Shown piece by piece: positions 39,101 to 51,400 of a stretch of 64,000 nucleotides of DNA. The DNA is taken from positions 34,720,001 through 34,784,000 of the forward strand of contig OZ076411.1 of assembly GCA_964187785.1 (NCBI GenBank), in the 5' to 3' direction. Source of the DNA: Amphiscolops sp. MND2022. Lineage: Eukaryota. Each line of letters opens with the position of its first letter. Within the stretch, counting starts at the first letter, position 1. Under the pieces are notes generated by a model. That model did not search any database and had not been told where the DNA came from. It saw only the letters and a program-made list of their open reading frames with translations. The translations under genes were made by a program, and so were the position numbers.

Positions 39101-39676
39101 ATCTTGGTTCTTGTTATCAAACATAAAAATTGGGTTTTGCAATTGCGGTTGAAATTAGTGTTGGAAAGGAAAGATGATTTGTGTGACAACAACCAAAAAG
39201 AGCCAGCAAATGCTAAAGAAAATGCTGAAGTTGAATTTTCTTGAAATGATTCAATTTTTTTGTCTTGCCAACACTCAACGTTGAACATCATTACAGGGAC
39301 TCGTAGCACTATTAACACGTTTCAAATTAGGACTATTTATTTCAGAAAGAGCTTGATCCCGGTTTACCCGGTTTAGACGATTTGATAGTAGTGCAAGTCT
39401 ACTGCAAATTTCGTTTTTATCGTGGAAATACAAAAACTTTACGATAACCGTTTTCTTTTTTGATGTTTTGAAGTTGCCCAGAGGGTGGCATGCCTTGAAG
39501 AGGTCCGGGGTACACTCATAGTCCATATAACTGCTGAAGAAAGCTGCCATCTCCACCAAGAGGTTGCCTTCGTTTGTAACAGGGGGGTTATAAACAATTA
39601 AACAATCTTTGGAGCTGTATCTTTCTTGTTCTGACATCCGTATCTCCAGGTCAGTAACTTTGTTCTCGAGGGTAAC
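36107..39676 (-). mobile_element. CR1/L2-type LINE, 3' part (rest of ORF1; ORF2 endonuclease + RT; frameshifted)
   Basis: ORF1 (EQERYSSKDCLIV...ACHPLG...VIVKF); APE endonuclease (FGDFNID, CIDHLI, ISDHY); RT (NYRPISLL, DLQKAFD, QGSVLG, FADD); short hairpin in the 3' UTR and a (TTTTC)-like tail at 36107-36129. Confidence 0.9.
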
Positions 39677-41563
39677 TGTCGCGACCCCAGGGGTGCCACG
39701 GAAATCATATAACGAGAGGGACGCCTGAAGAAGGAAGTGAGGAAACCGACCAGGTCAGGTCAGAATCACCATGAACAAATCTAAAATAGAAGACCAATAA
39801 ACAAACCATTTGATACTATTTATATAACACGCAAAAGTACATTTTCTTCTTCTGTGCCGTACCTAAAATAATAGATATGTTAATAATTATATATTAATAG
39901 TGAATCAAGTATTTGTTTAGCCAACGCACCGACAGAAATTAATTCGGTCAACGCGTCGACTGGAGACTCGCCTCAGCGGCAGCAGTAAATTTCATTAATC
40001 AACCTGTATCAGCCAATCAGATTTGAGCGCAGTTAATACAAATTGAAGAACTGAGGCAACGTCCCAGGCAGCTTACCAGTCCGCTGAAGCTGGGACGCTC
40101 GCTCAGTCACTCTGTCTGATCAATCAATTACAAATAATCGATGCTAATTTTAGATAAATGTTTCGCAGCTTAAAATAAGCTAAATACCAAAAGAACTTCC
40201 AATGAGTAATAATCGACGATGCTTGTAGTATTTTTAACGTGTTCGGTCCACTTTGTATTTGAGCCAACTTCCCAGGCAAAGCGCTAACTTTCTTTATTAA
40301 AACAAGAGCCTGGACAGATGACCGAACGTATTTAATTAATACATATCTTATAGCTAACCGAATAACAATGTTGCCCCTGTTAGACGTGATACTTGATAAT
40401 GACATAGTAAAACAACCCCCAGTGCTATTATTCAACCCCCACATGCAGTGTTTTGTTAATGTATAGTTGAGTCAACCGCCCGGTCAACCGGCCAGGCCAC
40501 TCTAAATGAAATTCGTTAACTGGCGTTCACCCAGGATTTTATCGTTAGCTTCAATTTAAAGTGCTAATTAACGGCCATAATCATCTGATTTAGAAGAAAT
40601 CAGTGCGTTAATTTATTTATTTGATGTTTCCCTTAAATTACTAGCAGTAAAATTTGGGATTGTTCGATGATAATTTCACTTTCCTTTCCCGCTTCAGTAG
40701 CTAGGTTCATGAATTTTCAGTGCCAACTTCGGTTCGGCGTCCTGAATTGGCGGGGAATGAAGAAGAATTAACGCGGAATTGGGACTCGGCAGGAAGTTAT
40801 TCCCACTTTTCCTTTGAAGTGAAATGAAACTGAAAGCCGAGTCCCGAGGAAGCGGACCTAATTTGGACTTCATTGCCTCGGATGGACGCCGAGCTGAACA
40901 AGGTGTGAATTCACGCGCGGGATTTATCCCGCGTGTTCAGCGAAAAGTATTTATACCTGAAGCGGGTTAAGGAAAGACTCAGAATATATTTTGATTTTTG
41001 CAGAACGCTCACCTTCAAAGTTGAATATTTTTCGTAACTTTCGCTTATTTTGATAATTGTTGCCTTCGAAATTGTTTGTTATTCTCCTTTCCAGTTCCAT
41101 AGTCAAGATTTTGATATTGTTTTATTGACTAACTGATATCGTTTGGGAATAGTTTGAGGCTTATAACTGCCAATAATACTTAATTCAGCTGTTTCCTAAC
41201 CCTTACATTTTCTCGGAGAAATGCCTGAAAAAACCCAGAAAAGAAAGCTACGGAGTGACCAGAGCACTAGTCAGATAGATGAAGAAATAGCTAGTTCAAC
41301 TAACGACGAAAACGTCTTGTTATCGGATAGAGATTTTGAAGATATCTCTAGTAAAGTTGAAAATAGGCTTTCTAAGCGACTTAGGGATACCGAAGTGAAT
41401 CAACGTGAAATATTAAAGCTGATCGAAAACTTGTCATCCAAAGTCGACAACTTAACCAATGTAAATCCGGGACAGAGTTCCTTAACTTTCGAGACTGGAA
41501 TTAGTGAAATCCCTAACGACGAATTAGAAGGAGTAGAACCAGCAAGGAGCGTTAACTCCAACA
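39677..41563 (+). repeat. E2 5' LTR (1887 bp), encoding the first 114 codons of gag
   Basis: Matches 53261-55148 with roughly 35 differences by eye (~98%); gag ATG at 41221. Confidence 0.97.
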
Positions 41564-41576
41564 TGGTGACAGGAGT
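41564..41576 (+). promoter_or_regulatory. E2 primer-binding site TGGTGACAGGAGT (tRNA-Leu-like), inside the gag frame
   Basis: Directly follows the LTR-terminal CA; 12/13 match to the Leu-type PBS TGGTGTCAGGAGT. tRNA identity is inferred. Confidence 0.8.
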
Positions 41577-42610
41577 CGTTAACGAACCAATGACCAGCAA
41601 CAACACCCACGCCCGATCTTCAAGCCTGCCACCTCCAAACCAGAGGCACTCAGACGAGATTATCGACAAACTACTAGAATCTCTATACGCAACGCATAAA
41701 CAAACACCAAATCTTCCTCGCTTACCAAAAACCCTAGCAACAACAATGCCAACGTTTGACGGTAAGACAGAAAAATTCGAGCTATTTGAAGACTTGTTTC
41801 AAACTAGCCTGAAAGTCCACCCACAAATAACAGAACAAGAGAAAATACACTATTTTCACTCACTACTGCGAGGAGACGCCTTGCAAACTTTTCGGAATAT
41901 GACCGAAACAACCAAAACCAACATAAACGACATCATAGCTGGTTTCAGACGAAGATACGTCAAAACACAATCAGTCGCCACCGCTAGATGCAAGTGGGAG
42001 AACCTCACATTCGACCCGGCAAACCAAACCTTTCAAGATTTCTTAGAAACCTACCAGAAACTAGCCCAAGAAGCATACGCGGACGACGCACCTAGATTTA
42101 TAGAGACCTCGTTCTACGCAAAAATGCCCACACAACTTAAAAGGGTATTGAACTTGAAACAGCTCGCCTTGAAACAGCATCATACGAAACAATGGTGCAA
42201 CATCTGGAACGAGAAATGGAGCTCAACGGATTAGCCAACCCAGAATCCGCGACATTCACAGGCATACACAACGTGGAACCAACTAATAACCTCAACCAGG
42301 AAAGACCCCCAAAAACCGCGAGTAGCTGCTTCGGTGGTGGACATCAGGGCCACCTCCTCCGCAACTGTAGGAAGACGAACAGAGATTAACGATTCCAAAA
42401 AACCCTCAACACAACCAACACCAACCCCTGCGAAACTTGTGGTAAACTAAGCCACGAAACCAAGGATTGCTACTCGGGTGCAAACTGGGCAAACCGCCCC
42501 ACATGGTGGAAGACACCTAAACCAATATGCTCGAACAGCATACCTCTACCCCAATCAACCACACCCGAGGTTAGGCAACAACCCCAAGCAAACCAACAAC
42601 CTACCCAGCC

Positions 42611-42617
42611 AAAAAAC
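42611..42617 (+). promoter_or_regulatory. Putative -1 ribosomal frameshift heptamer A AAA AAC (gag-pol)
   Basis: Correctly phased in the gag frame one sense codon before the gag stop; the -1 frame is open into pol; E1 has the same heptamer at 20570-20576. Confidence 0.75.
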
Positions 42618-45600
42618 TACTAAAGCCACGTCTTCGCTTCGGGGACTACACTGATTTCAGATACTATACCATCTCTGAACCCCCGAAGGACTTTGATAAA
42701 GAATTGTATATGGAATGCTCTGGAGAACCATCAATCGACTGGCAGCGACGATGGCTCATCCGACGTCTCATTAAATTTAATAAGAACACCCTCGACAAAC
42801 TCCCCTACCCCGACTGGTACACCCAAAACCCTACCCACTACAACTCCACCCGAAGACCACTACTCCCCAGCTCCACACCCGAAACCTACATCTACGACCC
42901 AGACTTTCAATGTGACCCGTGCTACAACGAAACTCTATACCACACCGAAAAACTCGTTTTCAGACAATCCATCAACGTACCGTTTCACGAATTCATAGCC
43001 AGAACCAACATGGATATCTCGACAACCCCAAAGAGGAAAGACGACACAAGTCATACTCCCAAACCACAGGCTGAAGAAGAACACGACAAAGAAATCGCAG
43101 TGATCGTAACGCCACCAATGACTTCCCTTAAGTCGATACTCAAAAACTAGAACCAAACTCCACCGGTTGACTATGAGTCACCCAAGAAACTCCCAGCCAC
43201 CTCCAACGAAATACGGGCAGCTATGACGTCGTCTCCCTCTAGCCCAGAGAGCCCTGAACTCCGATACTCCACGCCCGAACCCCCGGGAAATAAAAAGAAA
43301 GCCGGGGACCTTACACAGGCAAACGAACCTGTAATAAACCCCCGGACCCGCCGTGTTAAACGAAAACTAACCAGTGAGTTTAATCCAACAAAGAACGACA
43401 ATCCTAAAACACACAACTCACCAAGAGAAGTCCAAACCCCCAGCAACGAGACACACAAGCCAGACCAAGATGAGGATTGGATTCATACCAACAAGCAACT
43501 AAACGAAATCGCAATCACAGATCCAGAAACGAGCAAAAAATGCATACCAATCTTCTCAGCCATTCACCTAAAAAAGAAACGGAAGATGCTCTTCGCCCCA
43601 ATGGATTTCAACAACCTATCAGTAGACGCACTTGTTGATTCAGGGGCGCTTGTCAACTGTCTACCAGAAAGCGAACTCCAGAAGATTAAATCAGTCAGCC
43701 CAGACAACATACTCAAAGAAATGGACCCACCCGCCTTCAAGCTGCAGGTCGCAAACAGCGACATAGAAACACCAACGAAAACCGTCCAACTCCAATTCGA
43801 ATTAGGAGATTGGACGTTTAAAGAGACGTTCATTGTAGCTACAAAGATGACAGGTCCTATCCTCGGACTAACATTCCTGAAAAACAACAGCGCCATTCTA
43901 GACGTGAGCCAGGCCCTGCTGCATTTCCCACACCTGACCTACGCAATCACTGCAGAGGACAACGAAACAGTTTCAAGACACCACAAAGTGACCATCAAAA
44001 ACCAACTCACCATCATGCCCGACCAATGCATAACAATTGAAGCTGGCATTAACCTGCGTACCATAACAAACACCACAGGAACTATCCACCCCACCGAACA
44101 ATACTCAGGAGAACACCAACTAGTAGTCGCCAGCTCTCTATCCACGGCCACAAACTCAAAAATTGAAACACGGGTCACCAACACATCACCGAACCCTTTC
44201 ACTCTCAAAAAGAACGCAAACGTCGCAGAATTCACCATACTGTCACCCCAAGAGGCTAAACAGCTCCATCCACTCAATTCGGCAGCCCTCAAGGTCTTAG
44301 CAGAAGACAATACGGAACAGGCTCTCGAATATGTCAATGAACTTCTGAAATCGTCGGAAAAACCCCAAACAACTCAGAACTTCTGGTTTCCCACGCCAGA
44401 CAACCCTGGAGATCCAGCTTCACACACCCCTATCCAAAGCAGAATCCTCAGAGAGATAGAAGAACTTTAAAACATCCAGAAACTCAACCCACACAACAGC
44501 CCCGAAGATAGAGCAGCCTTCTTAGCCAACTTCAAGTGGACCAATTCTCAACTCAGCGACGCAGACAAGAAAGACATAGAAGAGATCCTCGTCGAATACA
44601 ACGACGTCTTTGCAAGGCACCGTCTCGGCATTGGAATCAACAATGACTTCAAAATAAAACTCTCACCTAAATCAGAACAACTGCGTACACACAAAGTTTA
44701 CCATGCCCAGTCAATCTGAAGGAGGATTTGACAGTTGAGCTGGCACTGATGCACTACTACGGCATCATTACAACACTCCCCTTCAGCAAGTACGCAAGCC
44801 CAATTATTGCGCAAAGAAAACCTAACGGACGTCTTCGCCTCCTTGTTGACCTGAGGAAGATCAACAACCTAATCTCCGACGACTATATAAACAACAACCA
44901 CCCAGTGAGCACCCTCTCCGACGCCGCGCAACACCTAGCCGGAAAGAAACTGTTCTGCAAGCTTGACTGCTCTCAAGCCTACCATGTCCTGCAAATGGCA
45001 GACCAGAAATCAGTGGAACTCCTGGCGTTCAACTTTGCCAGTCGGACATTCGCCTACCTGCGACTCGCACAAGGGCTCAGCAGATCCCTCTCTTCCTTCT
45101 CGAGCTTTATGCGGGAGTACCTCAATCGAGTCATAAAAGCTGACAAAAGTGCCCAGTACGTTGACGACATCGGGATAGCAACCCATACCGCCGAGGAGCT
45201 GAAGAACAACCTGCGTGAGGTCTTCCAGTGCATTAGGGAAGCAGGTCTGCGTTTGACAATGGCTAAATGTCAGTTCGGTGCCAAGGAAGTCGAATTCCTT
45301 GGACGAACAGTCTCACCCGAAGGCATCGCCCCACAACCTCACAAGATCAAAAACTACCTACAAAAACTGTCGTTACCGAAAACCAAAAGGGCCTACAGAG
45401 ATACATCGGCTTCGTTAACTATCATCGAAACTACATACCTCGCCTTTCTGAAAAATCGCACCATTCCACGAGCTAGTCAAGGCAGACAAGCCAATCAAGA
45501 TCACAAACGAGATCATGCAGACATTCGAAAACATCAACAAAGCCCTAGACAATGCCTGCGGACTATGGCTGAAACAACCATTACCCAACAAACAATATGT

Positions 45601-47983
45601 CCTCATGACCGACGCGAACTTCAAGAATGCCGGCTAGGCCCTCATGATTGAAGAAAACGCAGATGAAAAACTGACCTCGGTCAAAAAGACATACGCCCCA
45701 GTCGCGTTTGGATCCAAAACATTATCGCCGTCACAAATCAAAATGTCAATATATGCCAAAGAATTTCTGGCTATATATTTTGCCTTCATGGAATACAGCC
45801 ACATTTTGTGGGGATCGACCAAACCAGTCATCGTTCTAACAGACAACAAATCTGTTACACGTTTCTTCCAAACCAAAATAATACCACCAGCGTTGTGGAA
45901 TGCCTGCGATTTCGTCCTACAGTTTAATTTCACAATCGCCCACGTTCCAGGAAGGATGAACACTGCCGCAGACTTCCTCTCACGACTCGACCTGGATCCA
46001 AAAGAGAAAGTCCAACTACTCATAAGAGACGACATTCAAACTACCCCAATAGAGGTACACATTCAGGCCTCCAACGTAGCCGAAGAAGAACAATTCTACT
46101 TCCTCCCCGAAGACGACATCGAAACAGAAGAGCAAATTTGGGAGAGGAAGCAGAGAGCCCGCAAAAAGATACAGGAGAACGACACCCCACAAACGCCAGG
46201 AGAAGAAACAAACAACAACACAACCCACGCTGAAGAAACCACTGTCGTATTTCGAACGGAAATCACCAGACGCACACAAAACTCTGAAGTGAACGAAAAA
46301 CCCCTCCCCCGTGACATGAGACACCAACAGGACCGAGACAAAGTCCTCCGAAATTATAAATTACGCCTACTCAAAGAACCATACGATAAACACCTAATAG
46401 CTACAGACCACACAGCACTCCAATACACGGCCCAAGAATCCCGGATCATACTCAAAGACGGACTGCTATACCGGCAGTATTTCGGGGAGACCGGGGCAGT
46501 CAAATACTTGCAGGTCTTACTACCAGAACAACTAGTCGACTCATTTATAGAGGCCCACCACGGATCGCACGACAAACATCCTGGGATAACAAAGGTGATA
46601 CAACAGTGTAGAGAAAAATACTAATACCCAGGTCTTGCAGCAAAAATAGCCAAACACATCAATCAATGCATGAAATGCATGCAAACAAAACGGACGGACA
46701 ACCGTCTCCTCACCCCACCAATGATTGATACCTCCAAACTAGCATTGGGACCAGAAGACGCCCCAGAAATGGACATCGTCCCGTTCGATGAACCATCGAA
46801 TGGATTCACAGCGATAGTCACAGCCATGGACATTTTCTCACGCTACCTGTTCACATACTGCGTCAACAGGATAGACGCAAAGACAATCGCAAGAGTACTA
46901 GTAGACATTATGACACGACATGCCTACCTGCCTACAACAATAATAACCGATAAATGAACCCAATTCATGTCAGAAGTAGTAGCAGACACAACACGCGTAC
47001 TGGGCATTCAACTACGCCACGCCACAACAAAACACGCCCAAACGATAGACATCCTGGAACGCTGTCACGCATCCCTTAAAGAAGCTCTGAAAATCTCAAC
47101 AGGGGAAAGACGAACGATGTGGCACCAGTTCGTACCAACAGCCACACTAAACTATAACACAACCTATCATTCGGAACTCGGGTGCGAACCCAGTCGGGTG
47201 TTTCATGGTAGAATACCATACAATGTTCTCGACCTCAAATTTGGCCTTAAACAGAACCGACAACCAAATCCAACAACAGACATAGGCGAAGAAGTCGTCC
47301 AAAAAACCCGAATGATACACGAATCAGTGAGCAAACACCTCCTACACTCATACATACGGTACAAACAGTACTATGACAAAACAGCAGCAGCTCACCCATT
47401 AGCAGCAAACGACTACTGCTATGCACTACACCCCCAGGCAAACAACCAGGGATCGAAATTACCTTTTCGGGAGTTCTTATGGACAGGACCATTCGTAATA
47501 GTCAAAACTCTCCCCAACAATAACTACCTAATTCGCAAATTACAAACAAACAAAACACAAATCCTACACAGGATCCGACTGAAACCATGCCCTATCAAAG
47601 GCCGCCTGCCACACATCCAGGTTCAAACAAAGGATTTCCAACCAGATAACGAAGTCGAAATCTTACACGATGATTTATACGCCCTAGCATGGCAGTCTGG
47701 TTTTGAACACTTCGTGATGACACCCGAACACAATACGCATAGCGAACCTACTATCATATCTACAGACACCGAAGACAACCTACAAAATGGTACCCAGGAC
47801 GCTGACCCAGACGCCCTTCCAGAAAACCATCCCGATCAACCGGAAACCCAACCCGAACCCGGCCCTAACCCAGAACCTAGTTCCCCCCGGAAAGGAAAAT
47901 ACCACCTTCGTAGCAACCCCCCTTCAAATTGGAAAAGAGATTACGCTTACTACGACCCAGTGGTAATTAGCTCAAACGAATAA
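42617..47983 (+). pseudogene. pol: E2 pol: unassigned N-terminal domain, protease, dUTPase-like spacer, RT, RNase H, integrase with GPF tail (several lesions)
   Basis: LVDSGALVN; LVDLRKINN and YVDDIGIA; LMTDA and YAKEFLAI; HHGSHDKHPG...CMKC, MDIFSRY, IITDK, LERCHASLK, WTGPFVI. Confidence 0.95.
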
Positions 47984-48402
47984 ACTCTCAAAACGAATTC
48001 ATGAAATATTTGTACGGTACATACTCTACTTACGCAACTGATAGCCCACGACTGACTCAAATCACTACTAACTCAACTACGAACTCAAAAGAAAAACGAT
48101 ACAAAGGAGAAAAGAGTGTATTGAGGATGCCCCAGTTTAATTTTCTCGTTTTATATACATAGAACTGCCAACACCCCCAGAGGAGGTTTTTTTTATTCTC
48201 GAGAATTCAACTGCATTTTTGCCTGGCTGAAGTTTACCATAAATATCAACAAACCCAGTGGGATCAAGAATACAAATAATACATCAAGTCGTATAATAAA
48301 AACCAATACAAAGTTTACAATTCATGCACAACAACGACAAAGACTATACTAAAGTTTGCAAATAACTACAGCAAATGAAGTTCATCATCGGACCCTGGAC
48401 CA

Positions 48403-51400
48403 TTACTCGCCAGACGCGCCTTTGCCCGACTTTCCAGAACTCGCCCGGCTTGAGCTACGCGAATGAGATGCACCTTGCTGTTTCCTTTTCTTCTCTTTCA
48501 ACCTCTGAGCCACATCACTAGATCCACTAACAGACGCAACAGCCTTAGCAAGTTGACCGGCTCCACCCGAAACTGGGGCAGAAGCAGAAGCACCCTGGTG
48601 GACAGAAGACACAACACCAGACCCGGATTCGACGTCTCGGGCAGACGGCAGTTTACTAGTAGGAGAAGTAACAGAGAAAGCACATAGCCCTGCCCGTCGA
48701 CGCCACTCGGCAACTTGCCCCATGTAGTAACCATTGAAACTGTCACGAAGGTCGCGATACATATCCTGCCGAGCAAGCACATACAGAGAACGCCAAGGAG
48801 CAAAGGTAACATCGGACATGAAAACATGTCCGGATGGTAAATTAGCCTTCAATTCGTCAAGGCAGTCCTTTGTCAGCAGTTCCCCAGAGACGAAACCACT
48901 GTCGGAAATATACGATTGTACTGCCCGGACCGAAGACAACAGGACCTTCTCAGGAATTGCAGCCCCACTGAGCGAAATCTCCACATCTGGATACTGAACT
49001 ACCCGTGGCACAACCCCAACTGACACTATGCCGACCACCTTCGACAAATGCAGACGACACTCCAACAGTCCACTCTGCCACAGAAAACAAAAACTGTCCT
49101 TGATGGTCGAGATCACTTGCCGGTTACGTCGTCGCAAATCAACCAACAACGATTTGAACTCGTTAGCAGAACCCTCGGCCTCCACAGAAGACAACCGCCC
49201 ACAAGTCTGCAGACAAGATACCAAGTCACGAAACAGCGAAACGGTATATGCCTCTTCCCCCATAAGAAGCATGTCCGGGGAAAAACAACTGAGGCTGGAA
49301 CACAATCGAGAAGTTGCGTAGGCAGACGTATTCAGAACTTTCAAAAATTTCATCAAAAACCATGGCATTCCCGCAGAAAACCCCGCTTGACAGCATCACT
49401 GCAACCATCCAATGCCTTGATAACGATAGGCTCACTTCGCAAACAATCGATGTAGGACACATTAGCCCATGTTGACAATGGCCGCCCAACATACTCACTC
49501 CACTCTTCAATAGCAGGCAACTCAGACAACTTCTTCACCTTCCCCAGAAGACTCCAGTAGAAGAAACAGAACTCGGCATAATTCCGACAACTATAGTCGG
49601 TGACCGATTTGTCAGATTGTGTCTCAAAGTTTGACTGAAAACATGACACCAACACATGCAACAAGCTCAGACGGGGCAAAATGTAGGTATCTGACACAAT
49701 CACTTGACCCAAGTCGACAGGAGTCCTTCCACGGAGAGTAAGTGTACTATCACTTTCCTTGAAGAACAGTTTAACATCCTCCCAATGGGCTACAAGCTCT
49801 TCCAGCACGACACCAAAAGAAGCAAAAGGAGTATCCCGGCGTCGGACACACTGGCGAAACTCTACAAGCCCTAATAACCAGGGCTGATGAACGGCTTTAT
49901 CCAAGCGCAATAGCAAGAATTCCAGAACTGCAAAGGGATCCAAACAGTGGGCACCGACCATACCCGCGTCCCGAACATGATCCTTGAAGACTGACGACGA
50001 ATACTCCAGCAAAGAGAGAGGCGACGACCGACCATGTGACCGACACCACTCACTGAACACGTTGAACAAAGTCGAAGAGCAGCCGAGCAAGGCAACAGGG
50101 GCCTGCCCCTCAGCCAGGATAGATAAAACCCGCGACAAGCAACGGATTTCCGCATCACAAATGCCAGTACTGTAAGGCTCCCACAAGAGGCACACCTCTC
50201 GAACACGCCCATCAACTTGACACCGAACAATACAATTGACTCCATTGAACTCCTCGCGAAACAACACACTGAATACAGAATCCTTACACCAAGACTGCAC
50301 TCCGCGAAGAATACGAGGATATAACGTCTGACTGACAATGACAAGGCACTCAGTTTTACTCCACGTGGCCTGCGCATAGGTCTACTCGACTGGGATGGTA
50401 GCACGGAATTGGTTCCAAAGACGCCGCAGGAAACTATGGGAACCACCACTACGGAGAAGCTCAAATAGCCCCGCCACCAACGTTGCAGACTGCACATTCG
50501 ACACAACACCGACCAGAGCATCCACTTCGTCTTCTCTGAAAGGATTTTTCTTCCCCAAAGTGACAGGAGGAGTTTCTTCAATCTCGGCACGCAATTCCGC
50601 TGAAATAGTAGCCACTTCCACAGCATCAAACTGAGGCGTGTAAAACACATCCTCATGATCTAGTCGATAACGACGATCTTTTAAGTAATGGCTCTTACGG
50701 CTGAAATGACGCCAGATCTCAGGAGCACCACGACTCAGGAATTTGATGTCCTTTTGACAAATGGCACAATTGAAGCCATTCGGGCTCTTATCAGTCCTCT
50801 GACTCACAAATAATTGAGGGATAGCATGCACAGCCATTTCCTTGCGCAACACGTGCCGCTCCGTCTGCCTCCTTTTCCTGCGTTCATACTTGACAAACAG
50901 TTTACGTTTTGTCTTTTCTTCCTCATCCAACTGACTTCCTCGTCCGGGTAACTGAATGCCTTTTGACTTCAACAGCCGAACAACTTCGTCCATACCTAAA
51001 CCACACAAACAAATGACAACCCAAGTCTTACGCAGGTGATTAACGACACCAAATAAAACACACGACCGCCCACCAAAATCACCAAACTAAACTAAACATA
51101 ATTCGACCGACCACAAAAGAAGAGGAAACTTCACTTACGACGCGACAGAGATTTTTCTTCCAACAGTGACTGAGATCGTTCCAGTCGCACTGCCGCTTGA
51201 CCATAAGCCAGAATTTGACTCGACGACAGACACACTGCACCGGTAGGCACCTCCTTTAAGCCAGCTAAACAACACAGAACAGTGAAAATAACTAGCCACA
51301 GCAAACCCTACTGTACATGAAGCTTATGGACAAACGACGACAACAATGCAATCCAAAAAAGCACAACTTTACCTTTAGCCCATTCATTATGAAGAACAGG

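Larger units (their letters stand above)
41221..42623 (+). pseudogene. gag: E2 gag (frameshift near 42170, stop at 42387-42389)
   Basis: MPTFDGKTEKFELFEDLF...HYFHSLLRGDALQTF; knuckles CFGGGHQGHLLRNC (degenerate) and CETCGKLSHETKDC; ends PKNY* at 42621-42623. Confidence 0.9.

Noticed and set aside
40124-40444. 106-aa minus-strand ORF present in both E2 LTRs (also 53708-54028)
   Set aside because: Its duplication simply reflects ~98% LTR identity; no recognisable motif and no counterpart in the E1 LTR.
50382-50384. The TAG in exon 5 as the sign of a further intron
   Set aside because: Spacing between the flanking conserved F and W (16 residues) is identical in E1, so a point nonsense change is the simpler explanation.
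49871-50656. 261-aa overlapping minus-strand ORF
   Set aside because: Alternative-frame shadow of the accessory gene; E1 homology lies in the other frame.
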